A stretch of DNA of 7,322 nucleotides from the IMG/VR virus record IMGVR_UViG_2579778968_000003; one strand, written 5' to 3'. Numbering within the stretch: the stretch's first letter is position 1; every line of letters begins with the position of its first letter. Shown in pieces: positions 1-6,546 of the stretch. The notes under the pieces were generated by a model. That model saw only the letters and a list, made by a program, of their open reading frames with translations. It did no database searches and was not told where the DNA came from. Source of the stretch: a virus (taxonomy: Duplodnaviria; Heunggongvirae; Uroviricota; Caudoviricetes). A program made the translations under genes and the position numbers.

Positions 1-1
1 G

Positions 2-187
2 GTGGACACCACTTTGTCTAATTCATCAGATTCTGACCAGACGGTTCAGGCTGTACGCTTACCAATAGAAAAACACGAAAGAAGCACTAAGGATTTGGTG
101 AAAGCAGCAGTATCGGGATGGCTGGGCACTGCGCTTGAATTTATGGATTTCAAGAGTCATACGTGTCAACTATTTGATAAATATTAA
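2..187 (+). CDS. 3' end of an unidentified ORF, 5'-truncated by the window edge; convergent with the integrase and possibly a chromosomal gene at the prophage attachment site
   Basis: Frame is open from the window start to TAA at 185-187. That stop lies 1 nt from the integrase stop (191-189 on the minus strand). No family-diagnostic motif recognised in the 61 residues. Confidence 0.3.
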   Translation: MDTTLSNSSDSDQTVQAVRLPIEKHERSTKDLVKAAVSGWLGTALEFMDFKSHTCQLFDKY

Positions 188-188
188 A

Positions 189-1484
189 TTAATTTTTCAT
201 TGCTTCGTTATGGGGCATGGTTGGGGCAAACTCGCTTAACTGTGTATTTAACAAAGCTACCTGTGCATTATTGTTTTCAGACATCCATTTTCCGTATACC
301 TGAAATACCATTTGCGCATCTGCATGGCCCATCTGGTTTGCTATAAATGCCGGGTTAGCACCAGCTGTCAGCGACCAGCAGGCATAAGTATGTCTCGACT
401 GATATGATTTTCGATGGCGGAGTCCGGCACGTTTTATCGCTGCGTCCCACATCTGCCTTATTGAGTCAACGGTAAAATGGTCACCATAATTTTTTACTCT
501 CGCTGACACTTCAGGTTGAAAAACAAAGGTGCATTTTTGTTTTTCTGTTCTGCCATACTCTCTGAGGTGAACATCAATGATATGCTCTTTGCTCAGTCTC
601 GTTAATGTCATCTGACTCCGGAGAGCGTCGATTGCTGGCTTAATAAGATGAATGACCCGATTGGTTCCCGCCTGTGTTTTTGGTACCGTGAAACGGTCTT
701 TTGCTAAATTTCTCCTGATCATCATTGTTCCATTTTTCAGATCTATGTCCTCCCATCCAAGTGCACACAGCTCACCAGGGCGAACGCCAGTATAAACAGA
801 AACACACCATAAATTTTTTGCTTGCTGATTTCTGCACGCATCGATAAGACGGATAAATTCCTCCCGCGAAAGAGGATCCGGAATGGTTCTTGATTCCTTT
901 AATGGCGAGATCCCCTTAAACGGATTATCTGGCAGGTAACCGTTATCAACACCAAACTGGAACACGGCGTTAAGATTTGTCATGTAATTATTTACAGTTA
1001 CAGCCGATCTCCCTGGTTGTGTAACAATATAGTTACTTTTGGGGATCTGGTATCCAGTCAGTAGCTCTTTACGAACCTCCAGTAATTTTTCTTTATTAAT
1101 CGATGAGGCAAGATTTTTTTCACCGATTATGCTCAGGATATTTTTGATGACGGCACGGTATGTGTTGAGTGATGTTTTGGCGACTTCAGTTTCTTTCAGT
1201 GCCAGAAATTTTTCAGCCAGTTCTTTTATGGTTAAATCTTGTCGGGCCTCACCAAATTTTTCCAGATTGCGTGAGGAGGGAAACTGTTTTGCATAGTCGA
1301 AAACACCAGTTTTTATTGCGTAACAAACAGAGGAGCGTAGTTCACCTGCAACGCGCCTGTTTTTTGCTGTGTCAGGAACCCCCAGATTTTCCCTGACTCT
1401 TACGCCTTTATAAACAAACCAGATACGTAATTTCCCTCCATGGTTTTCCACGCCTGTCGGATATTTCATTTCAACTTCTCTCAT
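189..1484 (-). CDS. int: Phage integrase, tyrosine site-specific recombinase (lambdoid Int family)
   Basis: 431-codon ORF. N-terminal region ...MKYPTGVENHGGKLRIWF... and C-terminal region ...RHRKSYQSRHTYACW...GHADAQMVFQVYGKW fit the conserved Arg/His/Tyr catalytic region of tyrosine recombinases. It is the last gene of the leftward operon, directly after the excisionase-like ORF. Start is ambiguous: ATG at 1484 has no Shine-Dalgarno, while ATG at 1469 (giving MKYPTG...) is preceded by GAGAGAAG. Confidence 0.9.
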   Translation of the reverse strand: MREVEMKYPTGVENHGGKLRIWFVYKGVRVRENLGVPDTAKNRRVAGELRSSVCYAIKTGVFDYAKQFPSSRNLEKFGEARQDLTIKELAEKFLALKETEVAKTSLNTYRAVIKNILSIIGEKNLASSINKEKLLEVRKELLTGYQIPKSNYIVTQPGRSAVTVNNYMTNLNAVFQFGVDNGYLPDNPFKGISPLKESRTIPDPLSREEFIRLIDACRNQQAKNLWCVSVYTGVRPGELCALGWEDIDLKNGTMMIRRNLAKDRFTVPKTQAGTNRVIHLIKPAIDALRSQMTLTRLSKEHIIDVHLREYGRTEKQKCTFVFQPEVSARVKNYGDHFTVDSIRQMWDAAIKRAGLRHRKSYQSRHTYACWSLTAGANPAFIANQMGHADAQMVFQVYGKWMSENNNAQVALLNTQLSEFAPTMPHNEAMKN

Positions 1485-1503
1485 TAGTTAGTGTGGCTTT
1501 TAG

Positions 1504-1755
1504 TCAAGTAAGATGACGTCTTGGTCTCGCTGATGCCTGGCGCTCAATCCAGCGATCAATTTCTTCCAGGTTGTAAAAGCATGGACTGTTATCCCATGGC
1601 ATACTGTCATGAGCGACATGCTTATATTCCCTTCCTTCCATAAACGATTTTTCCCGGGCCTTTTTTAACGTACCTTTTTTTATTCCTTTCAGCGCAATTA
1701 ACTGCTCTTCGGATACCCATTTGCCGGGAGAGACAATCATGATTACTTCGCTCAT
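1504..1755 (-). CDS. xis: Excisionase-like small DNA-binding protein (Xis)
   Basis: 83-aa basic ORF immediately upstream of int on the same strand, with xis stop at 1504 and int start at 1469/1484. The ...KGTLKKAREKSFMEGREYKH... segment resembles excisionase-like proteins of enterobacterial prophages as I recall them; not verified by search. Confidence 0.6.
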   Translation of the reverse strand: MSEVIMIVSPGKWVSEEQLIALKGIKKGTLKKAREKSFMEGREYKHVAHDSMPWDNSPCFYNLEEIDRWIERQASARPRRHLT

Positions 1756-1827
1756 CGATTTCTTTATCTCTTACATCAGACGAGCGCCGGTTGCAGAATA
1801 CCAGTCACAACCGGCGACAGTTGAACA

Positions 1828-4299
1828 TTAAGAATCAGCCTGACTCGGGATCAGTTTTTGCCAGATAACTGAAACGTATTTTGCCTGGTAACGGGCGTCA
1901 TCAAGTGCATTATGGCGCTCACCTTCGAATGGAATAGCCGTTCTGGCATCGAAGTCTATGGCTTTCCCCAGCTCAACGATTGTGCGTACATCGCGATCGT
2001 TGTAGTAACGCCACGGGCAGGGGATCCCCTGCCGTTCGTATGAACGGCGCAAAATCGTGTTGTCGAAGTTGGCTCCATTTCCCCAAACCTGAACAAAAAA
2101 TTCACTGGAGTTTTCGTCGATAAATTCCCGCAATTGTAACAGTGCATCATCTAACGGGATTTCATCGGTCATAATGGCAGATTGCGCTTCGCGTGATTGC
2201 TTAAGCCACCATTTAATGGTGTCCCGATCAATGACTCCGCCAGCAGTTTCCAGATCGATAGTCTTACTAAATTCCGGTCCCATATCTCCGGTTTGCGGAT
2301 CGAAAAATATTGCACCTATTGAGATGATCGGGGCATCAGGATTTTTTCCCATGGTTTCAAGGTCGATCATTAGATGGTCACACGTCCTGCTGGTGGATGT
2401 GATTTCGTGATGACCGTTCACCTTAATTGAGTGATCTGCCGTCTCGCCAGTTTCATTATCGCTATTGTGATGCTGATTGCCGCCAGTGTTCTCCTTGTGT
2501 GGATGTTCAGCGCCTTCCATTTCCTCCGGATCATCTTCCTGAACTTCAACCTGATACTCTTCATCGAATGTTTCTTGGTATGTTGCGTCGCCCATCACCG
2601 CGCCACAATCAGGGCAGTTGCCGCCGCCGGTCTGACCGCAGGCGGTGCAGACTTTTTCCACTTCCTGTTGCGCCACTGGTTCAGGCTGTTTCGTTTCTGG
2701 CTCGTTTTGTAACGCATTTGTGCTGTTTTGTTCCGCTTTTTGGTAGTTCCGTTCCGATTCATGCTGGTTCTGGTTCACAGAATCGCGGGTCTGGATCCCC
2801 TTAACCCATTTCGGATCATTCGGGTCACTAATCCCTTCAACAAATTCACCACGTGATGCAGCAAGCAACTTATCGGCGTCAGGCTGGCTGATATTGGCTG
2901 CCTGCATAATTTTGTTTACTTCGTCAGCGGTAACTTTTATCGGCTCTGGTTGTTCTGAATCTTCAGCGGTATCTACATTTTGCGGTAAGCCCGTGTATGT
3001 GCCATTTTTTCGGGCAAAATATTCTTCTTTTGTGATTTCAGTGGCGCCAGCAGCCAGTGCCTTATCCAGACCAGAAAGTTTGTTTGCGCGACCGTATTTT
3101 TCTCCGTCCTTATCTGCGAAGAGGAAATAGAACGGCCCCTCACGCTCTACAGATGGTTCAGCTTCCGGCGCGGTTTCATTTTTTGGGATATCAGATACCT
3201 CAGTTTCCACTGCATCAGTTTGTGTTTCTGATGACTGGAGAACATCAACAGTGCCCAGGTCTGTTTCTTCATTCTCAAACACGCCCTTTGTCGTCAGGTA
3301 TTCGCAGATATATTTGTTCAGTGCTATGGGATCTTTGTGAATGTCGATCGGACGCTCACGGACAAGGCCAAAAATAGTCTGGCGGTCGTAGCGAAGGGCA
3401 TCAGGCTGTTTGCGCATTGATGCCGAGATACGCTTCCAGTCTTCGCGGTCGTTGTCGATAACTTCTTTTTTTGCCCAGCGATGGATGCTGCCGTCAATGT
3501 TTCCGGCATCCACATCACCAGGCCAGAGAGCGTAGGCCAGTTCGTCATCCAGTGTTTTCCATGTCTGCTTGTATTCGCGATGAATGGCAGCAATGACCGG
3601 GCTGATTTTTCCTGTTGAATTTTCAGTGTACTGTTGATTGGCTCTGGCGCGGGCGAGATCAACAACAGACGTGTATTTTCCGGTTTCCTTGCGTTCACCT
3701 TCGCGACGTTTTTTCCAGATGCGCATCTCTGCCTGAATTTCGGGCCATTTAGCACCAGGAATACATTTATGCTTAACCCACCCAATGGCGTGCAACTTAA
3801 GCTCCGGATACATGGCGTTAACTTCTGGCATTTTCATCAACGCTTCAACGATATGTCCGTCGAATGTTGCCATGTCTTCCTGCAACAATTCCTGTGCGCT
3901 AATAACCATATCAACGGTGATGTTTTCACATGTGTCGAACTTAACCATGACAGCGTTCTGTACTTCAGGGGCCAGCTTGTCAAAAGTGACGTTCATCGGA
4001 TCGGATTCAGTCTCAACCGGGACAAAAGAAGCAGACTCCTCATCCCAGCGGTTTTCCTGCATATATTCAGCATCCCATGAATCGAGGGCAGGGCGGGGTA
4101 TGCCAGGTTTATCCTCGCAGACAATAAATTTATAAGCGCAGTCCTGAGCAGCCGGATAATGTTCCAGGAACTGCCAGTGAAATTTTGCTCGAGCACGGCG
4201 TTCGTCGCCAGCTTCAATGGCTGTGGCTACAGCCACAGCGCCTTCTTCCCTTGTTGCCAGTTCGTCAGGAATAGCGGCGCAAATAAAGACTTTACTCAT
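1828..4299 (-). CDS. Large prophage protein with C-terminal DEDDh (DnaQ-like) 3'-5' exonuclease domain, in the recE/exo position; likely the intact counterpart of the K-12 Qin ydfE fragment
   Basis: 823-aa ORF with Shine-Dalgarno GAGG 8 nt before ATG at 4299. The C-terminal ~180 aa carry the three DEDDh exonuclease motifs: ...MIDLETMG..., ...WGNGANFDNTIL..., ...HNALDDARYQ.... A CxxC-x7-CxxC zinc ribbon (CTACGQTGGGNCPDCG) lies at about 2605-2649, and an acidic His-rich low-complexity linker separates it from the nuclease domain. Location between xis and ydfD/dicB matches the ydfE slot of Qin. Confidence 0.85.
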   Translation of the reverse strand: MSKVFICAAIPDELATREEGAVAVATAIEAGDERRARAKFHWQFLEHYPAAQDCAYKFIVCEDKPGIPRPALDSWDAEYMQENRWDEESASFVPVETESDPMNVTFDKLAPEVQNAVMVKFDTCENITVDMVISAQELLQEDMATFDGHIVEALMKMPEVNAMYPELKLHAIGWVKHKCIPGAKWPEIQAEMRIWKKRREGERKETGKYTSVVDLARARANQQYTENSTGKISPVIAAIHREYKQTWKTLDDELAYALWPGDVDAGNIDGSIHRWAKKEVIDNDREDWKRISASMRKQPDALRYDRQTIFGLVRERPIDIHKDPIALNKYICEYLTTKGVFENEETDLGTVDVLQSSETQTDAVETEVSDIPKNETAPEAEPSVEREGPFYFLFADKDGEKYGRANKLSGLDKALAAGATEITKEEYFARKNGTYTGLPQNVDTAEDSEQPEPIKVTADEVNKIMQAANISQPDADKLLAASRGEFVEGISDPNDPKWVKGIQTRDSVNQNQHESERNYQKAEQNSTNALQNEPETKQPEPVAQQEVEKVCTACGQTGGGNCPDCGAVMGDATYQETFDEEYQVEVQEDDPEEMEGAEHPHKENTGGNQHHNSDNETGETADHSIKVNGHHEITSTSRTCDHLMIDLETMGKNPDAPIISIGAIFFDPQTGDMGPEFSKTIDLETAGGVIDRDTIKWWLKQSREAQSAIMTDEIPLDDALLQLREFIDENSSEFFVQVWGNGANFDNTILRRSYERQGIPCPWRYYNDRDVRTIVELGKAIDFDARTAIPFEGERHNALDDARYQAKYVSVIWQKLIPSQADS

Positions 4300-4392
4300 T
4301 TTGTTTTAACCTCATGACAGATTTAAGGATGAACAAATCCCTGCCATTGCTGGCATATAAGAATGAAACCGGATATTTATTACGGAACTGTT

Positions 4393-4584
4393 TTAAAGAC
4401 CTGCCGGGATTTCGATATTATCCTGGTGAATAACTTTATCGACCGGGTAACAGTTACCGGGAATTTTCTGTTCGGTTGCTGCTGTCATACACTCCTGCAT
4501 TGTCCTGTGAACACTGACTGCAATATCAACTGGCTCTCCGGAAACAAGAAAAACTGTCAGAACAAGCGCAAATGCTGAATTCAT
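4393..4584 (-). CDS. ydfD: YdfD-like small protein with N-terminal hydrophobic (transmembrane or signal) segment
   Basis: 63 aa from ATG at 4584, with Shine-Dalgarno AGGA 8 nt upstream. Sequence MNSAFALVLTVFLVSGEP... has a hydrophobic N-terminus. The start overlaps the dicB stop as ATGA. Length and position match Qin YdfD (63 aa) as I recall it. The ORF track's longer 81-aa version starts further upstream without a Shine-Dalgarno. Confidence 0.6.
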   Translation of the reverse strand: MNSAFALVLTVFLVSGEPVDIAVSVHRTMQECMTAATEQKIPGNCYPVDKVIHQDNIEIPAGL

Positions 4585-4769
4585 TGTGCACATCCTTTTG
4601 GCATCAGACGTAAACGAGCCAGCATTGAAACAATGCATATTTTATTTAATAGCTCCCGTTCTTGTTTTCTCTTGTTAATGGCATCTTCAGTAAATACAGG
4701 GTTACTGATAGTGACACCAATTTCAAAACAACCTTCAGACGTATTAACGTTTGGTAATAACGTTTTCAT
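4581..4769 (-). CDS. dicB: DicB cell-division inhibitor (MinC-dependent FtsZ-ring inhibitor)
   Basis: 62 aa from ATG at 4769, with Shine-Dalgarno GAGGA 7 nt upstream. Translation MKTLLPNVNTSEGCFEIGVTISNPVFTEDAINKRKQERELLNKICIVSMLARLRLMPKGCAQ matches my recollection of E. coli DicB (62 aa). It lies about 175 nt downstream of DicF, as in Qin. The 97-aa version in the ORF track is an upstream extension. Confidence 0.8.
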   Translation of the reverse strand: MKTLLPNVNTSEGCFEIGVTISNPVFTEDAINKRKQERELLNKICIVSMLARLRLMPKGCAQ

Positions 4770-4939
4770 TATCGCGTCCTCAACAATGAATTTTGTGATG
4801 CAGTGCCTGGTGCCTCCAGGTGACGTTAACCAGTTAACAATTAACGCCGGATACAGAGAATCCACCCATAACACTGTTTTTGGTTTTAACTGTTCCGCGT
4901 GCGCTTAGCCGCATTCACCGCATCACAAAATTCACTTTA

Positions 4940-4996
4940 AAAACGGCGGCAGAGCAGTCACGGAGTAAAACTGATACCGCCAAACGTCACCAGAAA
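4940..4996 (-). ncRNA. dicF: DicF small regulatory RNA (Hfq-dependent; represses ftsZ and other targets); ends approximate
   Basis: Minus-strand sequence TTTCTGGTGACGTTTGGCGGTATCAGTTTTACTCCGTGACTGCTCTGCCGCCG followed by TTTTT matches the ~53-nt DicF sRNA as I recall it, including the 5' seed UUUCUGGUGACG. The 3' end has a GC-rich stem (GGCGG...CCGCC) followed by a U-run at 4943-4939, consistent with an intrinsic terminator. Confidence 0.8.
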
Positions 4997-5271
4997 ATTG
5001 ATAACAGAGGGCGTTGCAGCGGGGTTGTCACTTAAGCGTATGGTCAACCTGACAACTCGGTGTCCTCAACGGGGAAGGAATAACCCTGCCATACTTACCG
5101 CCGCGCCATTTCGCGGGTTGCCACAACCGGAAGCGCACGGTCGAATTAAATTTAACGACACCGTACAGTGAGACGAACTTCGCCGTGCGCTTTCGTGTTG
5201 TGTGCCTGCTTTTAACCACGTCAGGCGAGGTGGTATCCTTCTTATTCCGAATAACCAAGAAGGAAATCTAT

Positions 5272-5472
5272 ATGACTAAAGAAGAATTTGTCTCTTATAT
5301 TTTTGATAAAACGGTTGAAATGTATGCCGCTACTTACGGGTCCTGTAATCCTCTGAATAAACCAGAGGGGAAAGATGATTTCGACAAAATTTACCGCTTC
5401 TTGGAGGACCGCTATATCAAAAGGTTAGAGGACGCAGGGATCAAATCCCCAGTGAAGTCACCATTGTCCTGA
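5272..5472 (+). CDS. Hypothetical 66-aa protein encoded antisense to the dicB-operon leader (putative)
   Basis: ATG at 5272 is preceded by a strong Shine-Dalgarno AAGAAGGA with a 7-nt spacer. Product MTKEEFVSYIFDKTVEMYAATYGSCNPLNKPEGKDDFDKIYRFLEDRYIKRLEDAGIKSPVKSPLS is hydrophilic, charged and protein-like. A weak sigma70-like promoter candidate lies upstream: TTAACC (5212-5217), 16 nt, TGgTATCCT (5232-5239). The 3' end overlaps the convergent 121-aa ORF by 32 nt. No homolog recognised. Confidence 0.3.
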   Translation: MTKEEFVSYIFDKTVEMYAATYGSCNPLNKPEGKDDFDKIYRFLEDRYIKRLEDAGIKSPVKSPLS

Positions 5473-5806
5473 GAACTTGCAGGACGTCATGATCGTAACT
5501 TCCATCCAAACCGCGACAGCAAATTGCTTCTCGTATTACCGGAAGCAGTTCGCTGGAAATCTCGGTGCATATTTCACCTGATAATACGCCTGGCTCAAGT
5601 GAGAATATTGGTGAACTTACGGTCTTGGTCTCGACAGTTTCAGAGTCAGTGCCAACATTATAAAGCTCAACGAAAGCGGTCTTGATTTTCCGGGCCAGAT
5701 CTTTTGCTGGCTCGCTTGCAATATCTTTCCCGATTTCTCGCAGCACAGAATGCAATGTATGAGCTGCTGTTTTCTGTACATCAGACGGTAAATCTTTAAA
5801 TTCCAT
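5441..5806 (-). CDS. Hypothetical 121-aa protein in the ydfB/ydfC position of the dicB operon (possibly an unsplit YdfB-YdfC)
   Basis: ORF with ATG at 5806 (MEFKDLPSDVQK...) preceded by GAGG with a 6-nt spacer. An alternative ATG at 5818 overlaps the ydfA stop as TGATG. Position between ydfA and DicF matches ydfB (42 aa) plus ydfC (72 aa) of K-12 Qin, whose combined span is similar in my recollection. Confidence 0.6.
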   Translation of the reverse strand: MEFKDLPSDVQKTAAHTLHSVLREIGKDIASEPAKDLARKIKTAFVELYNVGTDSETVETKTVSSPIFSLEPGVLSGEICTEISSELLPVIREAICCRGLDGSYDHDVLQVLRTMVTSLGI

Positions 5807-5817
5807 CGTCAGCCTCA

Positions 5818-5970
5818 TCAGTCAGTGTTTCTGGCTAACCAGCAACGCGCGCCAGATTCGGTTTTAAACGTTTTGCTTTTGGTATATGTCATCGCGGTGA
5901 ACGTACCGTCCTGGTTGGGGAACACGCCACATACCAGAGATTCGCTGTTGCCAAGATCGATAGTATCCAT
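5818..5970 (-). CDS. ydfA: YdfA-like small protein, first gene of the dicB operon
   Basis: 50 aa from ATG at 5970, with GAGG 5 nt upstream. Translation MDTIDLGNSESLVCGVFPNQDGTFTAMTYTKSKTFKTESGARCWLARNTD matches my recollection of Qin YdfA (51 aa). It is the first ORF downstream of the operator-containing region that follows dicA. Confidence 0.7.
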   Translation of the reverse strand: MDTIDLGNSESLVCGVFPNQDGTFTAMTYTKSKTFKTESGARCWLARNTD

Positions 5971-6050
5971 GCTGACCTCATTTCCCCTTAACGCCGGGGT
6001 CGCGGAACTGTTTGCTGAGAACACCGTGCGGTGTCTTGATGGAAAGTAAT

Positions 6051-6106
6051 TTAGAATAACCTAACATGAGAGGCAAGTGTTTTTTGTTAGATTGATCTAA
6101 CAAAAA
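6051..6106. promoter_or_regulatory. dicB-operon promoter/operator region: near-perfect 26-bp palindrome plus a degenerate second site
   Basis: 6081-6106 is TTTTTGTTAGAT-TG-ATCTAACAAAAA with 12-bp arms. 6051-6064 is TTAG-aataac-CTAA. Both share the TTAG-N6-CTAA core with the sites in the dicA/dicC intergenic region. Located between the dicA 3' end and the ydfA start, where a repressor-controlled promoter for the dicB operon is expected. Confidence 0.6.
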
Positions 6107-6138
6107 GAGTGGGCGCAACTAATCACTTGAAAAGAATG

Positions 6139-6546
6139 TTATTTTATTGATTTATTTTTACGCGCTTTAAGCATTTCTTCGAAGAGTTTGTTGAAGTTTT
6201 CTACTCTTGCGCGCATTTCAGACAGCAAGGCTTCCTGCTCGGAAGATGGAAGAGCATCGAATAATTCGATCAATTCTTTGTGGTTGGGAGTTAGCTCTGT
6301 TTCCACATGAAGTTCTTGTGCAGGCACTGGTGCCTTGTCTTCGTCACCAAACATTAGCCATGTAGGTGAGCACTTCAGAGCATCCGCTAAAGCAAACAAT
6401 CGTTTTCCGACTGGCTGGGTTTCGTCTCTTTCCCATTGTGAAATTGTGACGTGAGCAACTCCAGCGAGGCGCGCAGCTTCTCGTTGTGTTAAGCGTAATT
6501 CTTTTCGTCGCGCCAGAACTCGCTGGCCTAGGGTTCTTGTATCCAT
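6139..6546 (-). CDS. dicA: DicA-like prophage repressor (XRE-family HTH; cI/C2 functional analog)
   Basis: 135 aa, the same length as K-12 DicA. N-terminal HTH ...LRLTQREAARLAGVAHVTISQWERDETQP...; the rest, ...KRLFALADALKCSPTWLMFGDEDK...EMRARVENFNKLFEEMLKARK, closely resembles DicA as I recall it. Divergent from a cro-like gene. Confidence 0.88.
   Translation of the reverse strand: MDTRTLGQRVLARRKELRLTQREAARLAGVAHVTISQWERDETQPVGKRLFALADALKCSPTWLMFGDEDKAPVPAQELHVETELTPNHKELIELFDALPSSEQEALLSEMRARVENFNKLFEEMLKARKNKSIK

Noticed and set aside
1039-1396. Two plus-strand ORFs (1039-1296, 1169-1396) inside the integrase gene
   Set aside because: Antisense to a confidently assigned integrase, with no ribosome-binding sites and implausible composition.
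1956-4217. Ten ORFs of 64-153 aa in alternative frames or antisense within the exonuclease gene (plus strand 2174-2410, 2427-2804, 2431-2712, 2894-3130, 3057-3377, 3634-4080, 3785-4135; minus strand 1956-2150, 3324-3785, 3993-4217)
   Set aside because: All lie entirely inside the 823-aa ORF, whose product has clear domain motifs. Their translations are low-complexity or Ser/Cys/Arg-rich with no Shine-Dalgarno context, typical of shadow frames.
4342-4355. Short inverted repeat TGCCA-ttgc-TGGCA between ydfD and the exonuclease gene
   Set aside because: Only 5-bp arms with no adjacent U-run; too weak to call a terminator or binding site.
1756-4392. Searched for recT/bet, gam, kil, cIII or N-like genes next to the exonuclease
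   Set aside because: No ORF with a plausible start and size exists in the gaps 1756-1827 or 4300-4392, so these functions are not encoded in this window.
4363-4908. Plus-strand ORFs 4363-4578 and 4633-4908, antisense to ydfD and dicB
   Set aside because: Shadow frames of the confidently assigned dicB/ydfD genes. Cys-rich, odd composition, no Shine-Dalgarno.
5028-5258. 76-aa highly basic minus-strand ORF in the DicF leader
   Set aside because: It has no ATG anywhere (start would be TTG at 5258) and no Shine-Dalgarno. The product is Arg/Lys-rich and low complexity. It lies in a region expected to be structured precursor RNA.
4874-6024. N-terminally extended versions of dicB (start 4874), ydfD (start 4638), ydfA (start 6024) and the small plus-strand ORF (start 5185) as given in the ORF track
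   Set aside because: The internal ATGs at 4769, 4584, 5970 and 5272 each have a Shine-Dalgarno at proper spacing and, for the first three, give the lengths recalled for the known proteins. The extensions lack ribosome-binding sites.
5825-6049. Plus-strand 74-aa ORF antisense to ydfA
   Set aside because: Overlaps ydfA completely with no start context; likely a shadow frame.
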